From: an uncultured Poribacteria bacterium
GTDB taxonomy: Bacteria > Poribacteria > WGA-4E > WGA-3G
Length of the DNA stretch: 64,000 nucleotides
NCBI GenBank assembly: GCA_958296135.2
Contig: CATQHZ020000001.1
Location: 3,584,001 to 3,648,000 of the forward strand
Direction of reading: 5' to 3'
Of this stretch, positions 58,830 to 64,000 are shown one piece after another. The position numbers were made by a program, and so were the translations under genes. Position 1 is the stretch's first letter, and each line of letters starts with the position of its first letter. Below the pieces are notes generated by a model. That model saw only the letters and a list, made by a program, of their open reading frames with translations, was not told where the DNA came from and ran no database searches.

Positions 58830-61602
58830 GTTTCAATCTCGTCATCGAGAGGCTTTTCAGTTCAGGTCCAAAAGATTCTAATGGAAATCCTATTGGAGAT
58901 TGGTTTCAATCTCGTTATCGAGAGGCTTTTCAGTTCAGGACGCACGGACGGCGGCGTGATAAGACAGAGACTGTCAAGTTTCAATCTCGTCATCGAGAGG
59001 CTTTTCAGTTCAGGTTTGATCCTGGGACAGACACGAAGTTTTCAACATAGTTTCAATCTCGTTATCGAGAGGCTTTTCAGTTCAGGGAGGCCAAAATTCA
59101 TCAGGGGTTCGATGAAGGGAAGTTTCAATCTCGTTATCGAGAGGCTTTTCAGTTCAGGCCGCAAGAAATGCGTCATCGGTAGTGGATACGGGCCGTTTCA
59201 ATCTCGTTATCGAGAGGCTTTTCAGTTCAGGCTTAACCGACCGAGACAGCACTGTCTTTTTTCAATTGAGTTTCAATCTCGTTATCGAGAGGCTTTTCAG
59301 TTTAGGAAAAGCAGTTGATTTTGTCAACCGATGCCGCCCAGCTCGTTTCAATCTCGTTATCGAGAGGCTTTTCAGTTCAGGGAAGAAAGGCACCTCATAT
59401 ACCTCATCAGGCATGCTTGGTTTCAATCTCGTTATCGAGAGGCTTTTCAGTTCAGGGCAAAAGAGGTTGAGGATACCTACGAGGCATACACGTTTCAATC
59501 TCGTTATCGAGAGGCTTTTCAGTTCAGGCTTAGAAATCCCTTGAGCTGGCCGGCGACTTTCGTGTTTCAATCTCGTTATCGAGAGGCTTTTCAGTTCAGG
59601 TCCATACAGAAAAGTTGCGGTTACACAGCCGCGGTAAAGTTTCAATCTCGTTATCGAGAGGCTTTTCATTTCAGGAGCGGCGGCACAGAATGCCGTGACG
59701 GTGGCGCATTTCGTTTCAATCTCGTTATCGAGAGGCTTTTCATTTCAGGTTCAAGTGAACCAGGAGAACTTGATTCTTCATCCAGTTTCAATCTCGTTAT
59801 CGAGAGGCTTTTCATTTCAGGTCAAATTCGCGTTGCAACCGCGTTTGTGCGTTTTACGTTTCAATCTCGTTATCGAGAGGCTTTTCATTTCAGGTTCTGC
59901 ATCGGCGGAGGCGCGTATACGAGCCTATCTTAACGTTTCAATCTCGTTATCGAGAGGCTTTTCATTTCAGGTTCGAACGCGGGGTTGAGCGAGGAAACAA
60001 ATAATGGTTTCAATCTCGTTATCGAGAGGCTTTTCATTTCAGGGGTGAACCGTGTGTGAGCATCAAGGTGCCCGGGTCAAGTTTCAATCTCGTTATCGAG
60101 AGGCTTTTCATTTCAGGTTGCAAGCGCGATTGATTTTCAAAAAGCGTTATGAACTCTGTTTCAATCTCGTTATCGAGAGGCTTTTCATTTCAGGTCGCAT
60201 TGTTTCGACAGGTCTGTGACCTGATTTTCCAATGGTTTCAATCTCGTTATCGAGAGGCTTTTCAGTTCAGGTCCGCAAGTTTTTCACCTGCGGGTCCGCT
60301 GACGCGAGTTTCAATCTCGTTATCGAGAGGCTTTTCAGTTCAGGGCTGGTAAAGAACAAGTGGACGGGCAAGGTATTTCCGTTTCAATCTCGTTATCGAG
60401 AGGCTTTTCATTTCAGGCAATATGGTTGCTTCGATGACCTGGATGAGTAATCGTTTCAATCTCGTTATCGAGAGGCTTTTCAGTTCAGGGAACAGCTTGA
60501 GGCGGCTCAGGCACTGAACGAAGAGTACAAGTTTCAATCTCGTTATCGAGAGGCTTTTCAGTTCAGTTGAATGAGACCGAGAAGAAAAACAGACGCGTAA
60601 ATTGGTTTCAATCTCGTTATCGAGAGGCTTTTCAGTTCAGGTCCGCAACTCCAGCGAATGGCGGACGGCGGTAGAGAACGTTTCAATCTCGTTATCGAGA
60701 GGCTTTTCATTTCAGGATGAAGAGTATATCGCCTTCACCTTGCCGTTTGAGGAAGTTTCAATCTCGTTATCGAGAGGCTTTTCATTTCAGGAGCCGCCGC
60801 TGCGGAGTTAGGGATGCTAGACTTGCAGTTTCAATCTCGTTATCGAGAGGCTTTTCATTTCAGGGCGGCGGTAAAAATCCGCTCGCATCTTTTATCTACC
60901 CTTGTTTCAATCTCGTTATCGAGAGGCTTTTCATTTCAGGTCGATGTCGTAGATTTTCGTGTCGTTGTCGTGTGTTTTGTTTCAATCTCGTTATCGAGAG
61001 GCTTTTCATTTCAGGTCGCCATTCGCCTGGCGGAGGCGGATTCGCCCAACGTTTCAATCTCGTTATCGAGAGGCTTTTCATTTCAGGGCAACCTGTTTTG
61101 AATTGGCGGCGGTGACGCGCATTGTTTCAATCTCGTTATCGAGAGGCTTTTCATTTCAGGGTAAAGCCCGGCCGAAACGAATAACTATCTGTATCAGTTT
61201 CAATCTCGTTATCGAGAGGCTTTTCAGTTCAGGGAAAAATCCTCCATTGAACCTTAGACAGGCAGAAGCGTTTCAATCTCGTTATCGAGAGGCTTTTCAT
61301 TTCAGGGATGCAAGCGTGCTTGTCTTCAATGTCAATCGCGAGGTTTCAATCTCGTTATCGAGAGGCTTTTCATTTCAGGAAAGAAACCCGCTGGAACCTA
61401 CCGGGACTCATCCGAGTTTCAATCTCGTTATCGAGAGGCTTTTCATTTCAGGTCTTGTCGACCCATCGTCCCACTGGATGACAGGGTTAAAGTTTCAATC
61501 TCGTTATCGAGAGGCTTTTCATTTCAGGCTGGGTCCCGATAGGCGCGGGGCAGACGTTCACATACGTTTCAATCTCGTTATCGAGAGGCTTTTCATTTCA
61601 GG
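58830..61602 (-). CRISPR. CRISPR array, 38 repeats of 37 bp and 37 spacers of about 35-41 bp (manual count)
   Basis: Minus-strand repeat CCTGAA(A/C)TGAAAAGCCTCTCGATAACGAGATTGAAAC with TCTCG/CGAGA hairpin and ATTGAAAC 3' end; degenerate extra repeat at about 58751-58787 marks the trailer. Confidence 0.98.
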
Positions 61603-61816
61603 TCCGTGCCTGCGGAGCCGCTGACGTGCCCTGCCTGAACGCCCGCATTTCTGCCAGCGCGCAATTTTAACATAACGGTGCATGCTAACTGCCGGTGCAA
61701 AAATTCTGTCCAGCCAAGACACATAAGGCCCAATCCCTCGTCTGCCAGGGAGACAGGAATGCCGGTCCCCTTTCCCTGACAGATTTTTCCTGAAAACTGA
61801 ATTTCATCAATTCATT
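61603..61816 (-). promoter_or_regulatory. Probable CRISPR leader
   Basis: Non-coding gap between cas2 and the first repeat, opposite the degenerate end. Confidence 0.6.
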
Positions 61817-62089
61817 TTACACTATATACGAGTTTTTGTCAAGTCCTTTTTTCAGACCGAGGCGGTGAATCTGCTTTTCGCAGGCCGCGCAGAGATGATA
61901 AAACGTCACGGTATCCTCTCCCAGGTCGATTTCCGCTTCCAGCCGATGTTGCAACCGGAGGAACGCGCGCCGGTCGGTGTTGCATTCAAAGATGCTGTAT
62001 TGGACGCGCGTGCCAAAGTCCTGAAGGATTTTGGCGACTTTGGCACGGCGTTTGTCATCGGTGATGTCGTAAGCGACAGTGTAAAGCAT
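61817..62089 (-). CDS. cas2: CRISPR-associated Cas2
   Basis: VAYDITDDKRRAKVAKIL..FGTRVQYSIFEC. Confidence 0.97.
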   Translation of the reverse strand: MLYTVAYDITDDKRRAKVAKILQDFGTRVQYSIFECNTDRRAFLRLQHRLEAEIDLGEDTVTFYHLCAACEKQIHRLGLKKGLDKNSYIV

Positions 62090-62265
62090 GATTGCTCCTT
62101 TCGGTATCGGGACAAGGATGTCACGCCTACCGGGGTTTTATTCGAGACCGGGAGGGCTCTCCTACCGCTGTCTCATCGGGACCGGGAGGTTGCTCCTTTC
62201 GGTATCAGGACAGGGATGTCACGCCTACCGGGGTTTTATTCGAGACCGGGAGGTCTCTCCTACCG
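62090..62265. repeat. Tandem GTAG-REP cluster between cas1 and cas2
   Basis: Minus-strand unit CGGTAGGAGAG.CCTCCCGGTCTCGAATAAAACCCCGGTAGGCGTGACATCC.TGTCC.GATACCGAAAGGAGCAA occurs twice. Confidence 0.85.
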
Positions 62266-63897
62266 GACGGTGAGCGGCGTGTATGCGTCGATTTCGTCTG
62301 TCAGGTATTTCGCGAGCAAGCGCGCCTGTAATTCCATCGCGCGGCGGAAACTGAGTTTATATTTAAACACGGGATGCGTGAACGTCTCATTTTTCCGCGT
62401 CTCGTAAGCGGCGTAAAACTTCTTCCGGGCATTCGGTTTGAGATACCACCCCCCGTGGTTTTGCTCAAAATCGTCCGGCGTGAGCTGCCGGGTGTTGATC
62501 AGGGTGATGACAACGGAGTCAGCGATGATGGGGCGAAATTCCTCCATCAGATCCAAGGCGAGGCACGGCTTCCCGTATTTCAGTTGGTGGAAGAAACCGA
62601 TATACGGGTCCATCCCGACTATCTGGATTGCGGCCATCATGTCCGCTGTCAGCAGCGAGTAGGCGAAGCTGAGGAGAGCATTCGTCGCGTCTGCAGGAGG
62701 CCTCCGGCTCCGGCGTTGGAAATCAAACCCCATCTCCGATTTGAGCATAAAGGCGAAGGAGCGGAAATACTCGCCGGAAGCGTTGCCTTCCATTCCGAGC
62801 AGTTGCGTGAGGGCTTCGGCGTGGGGTACGCGTTTTTGCATACCGTGCATCGCCTGAATGCTTGCAAGTAAAGGCGCGAGCGCGTCCTCGGTGCCTTTTT
62901 CGGCGCGCCATTTGCGGCGTTGGAGCATCGTGCGCATGTTCCAGATTTTCCCGTGCACGAACGCTTTGGAGAGCGCGAGGCACTTCTCGGCGTTATCGGC
63001 GACACGGTGTTGCGCACGGCGCAAAAGCGAATTGCGGGAAACTTGCGGTGTCAGCGCGCCGTGATACCGCCCGTATGCAGAGAGAAACACCACCGGGATG
63101 CCTTCGTGTAAGAGCGTCTGCATTGCCGGTGTCGTCAAATTCACGTTACCAGAGATGACGACTTGTCCGAGGTGAATGAGCGGAATATCGCGGATTATCT
63201 CGTTTTCTTTCGCCACAAGGATGCGTTCGCCTGTCTTCTTGATAGCGCATCCCGGTTCATCAACGTAGAGGACATTATCAATGCCCAGTGCCGGCTTGAT
63301 GCGTTTCGGACGTTCATCTAATTCGTGGAGGTAAGCCACTTCGTCGGGCAGGCAGACCGGGCGCATGCTACATCCATTGCACCGGTTATCATGGACAGGT
63401 TTCGGAATCTTGCGGGATTCCTGCAGGGCGCGTGCCTCGTTCAGATAGCGGCGCGTCGTTTCGCGGAGTCCTGCGTCAAACGGCACTTTGCGCCGACGCT
63501 TGGAACCGATGTAGAAGATATAGCCGTGCGGAATGGATACGCCGGTTTTCTCTTCTAGGAGCATCCCCTGCAGACAGAGTTGCACCTGGTCATTGAGCCA
63601 ATTCCCCATCCCCGCCTTTTTGAATTCAACCGGGTAGGGCACGCCATCTTTCTCCTCAACCAGGTCTGTGTATCCCGAAACGCCGAGGGTATCAGAGGCG
63701 AGGTATTGCCGCCGCGAGAGAGTCTTGTCGCCCTTGCGTCGATTCCTCACCTCGGTGTGAACATGCTCGTGCTTAATTTTGCCCTCCTCAACGTGCGCGT
63801 TGATAATTTGATGCCCCTCCACCGATTCGTAGTAGAACCGTCGAGGACAGAAAACGTAGGTGTTGATTTGTGAGAGCGGAATGTAGGTTTCGGACAC
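62260..63897 (-). CDS. cas1: Cas4-Cas1 fusion protein
   Basis: N-terminal Cas4 (FCPRRFYY, PVEFK, QLCLQ, CNGCSMRPVC) followed by Cas1 (GMEG, NALLSFAY, GFFH, LDLMEEFRP); GTG start with AGGAG. Confidence 0.95.
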   Translation of the reverse strand: MSETYIPLSQINTYVFCPRRFYYESVEGHQIINAHVEEGKIKHEHVHTEVRNRRKGDKTLSRRQYLASDTLGVSGYTDLVEEKDGVPYPVEFKKAGMGNWLNDQVQLCLQGMLLEEKTGVSIPHGYIFYIGSKRRRKVPFDAGLRETTRRYLNEARALQESRKIPKPVHDNRCNGCSMRPVCLPDEVAYLHELDERPKRIKPALGIDNVLYVDEPGCAIKKTGERILVAKENEIIRDIPLIHLGQVVISGNVNLTTPAMQTLLHEGIPVVFLSAYGRYHGALTPQVSRNSLLRRAQHRVADNAEKCLALSKAFVHGKIWNMRTMLQRRKWRAEKGTEDALAPLLASIQAMHGMQKRVPHAEALTQLLGMEGNASGEYFRSFAFMLKSEMGFDFQRRSRRPPADATNALLSFAYSLLTADMMAAIQIVGMDPYIGFFHQLKYGKPCLALDLMEEFRPIIADSVVITLINTRQLTPDDFEQNHGGWYLKPNARKKFYAAYETRKNETFTHPVFKYKLSFRRAMELQARLLAKYLTDEIDAYTPLTVR

Positions 63898-64000
63898 GGT
63901 TATCTCCTTTTCTGTTGCACGGGCGGATATGGACATCCGCCCTTACCGTTCAATTGGGCTTGCGAAAGCGTTTGGTTTGTCCCATCCCCATCGTTGTTTT

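Noticed and set aside
61529-61565. Leader-proximal spacer resembling REP sequence (GGTCCCGATAG, TAGGCGCGG), suggesting self-targeting
   Set aside because: Only short matches of about 9-11 nt; no full protospacer was seen in the window
58820-61624. Repetitive ORFs (FQSRYREAF, FNLVIERLF, VSISLSRGF)
   Set aside because: They are translations of the CRISPR repeats

Overview
GC-rich bacterial chromosomal window. Five phytanoyl-CoA dioxygenase-family genes, two DUF6785-like membrane proteins, sulfatases and an Rpn-like gene suggest a Poribacteria-like lineage (inference). Housekeeping genes include yebC-ruvCAB-queA-yajC, maf, tyrS, aroF, leuA, pepA, pyrF, argH and glcB. Defence genes include a single-chain restriction-modification enzyme, a RelE/HTH pair, and cas4-cas1 plus cas2 next to a 38-repeat CRISPR array. 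The ORF track misses or splits several things. (1) A signal-peptide-bearing, tandem two-domain peroxiredoxin has an in-frame UGA at each catalytic position, each followed by a related SECIS-like hairpin; a Sec formate dehydrogenase is also present. (2) A 53-codon Phe/Tyr/Trp-rich leader peptide with terminator and antiterminator lies upstream of DAHP synthase. (3) Several GTAG-type palindromic repeat families are inserted in frame inside conserved proteins and supply stop codons or an RBS. (4) Two CRISPR repeat variants are interleaved. All calls come from manual reading and motif recognition; no database searches were run.
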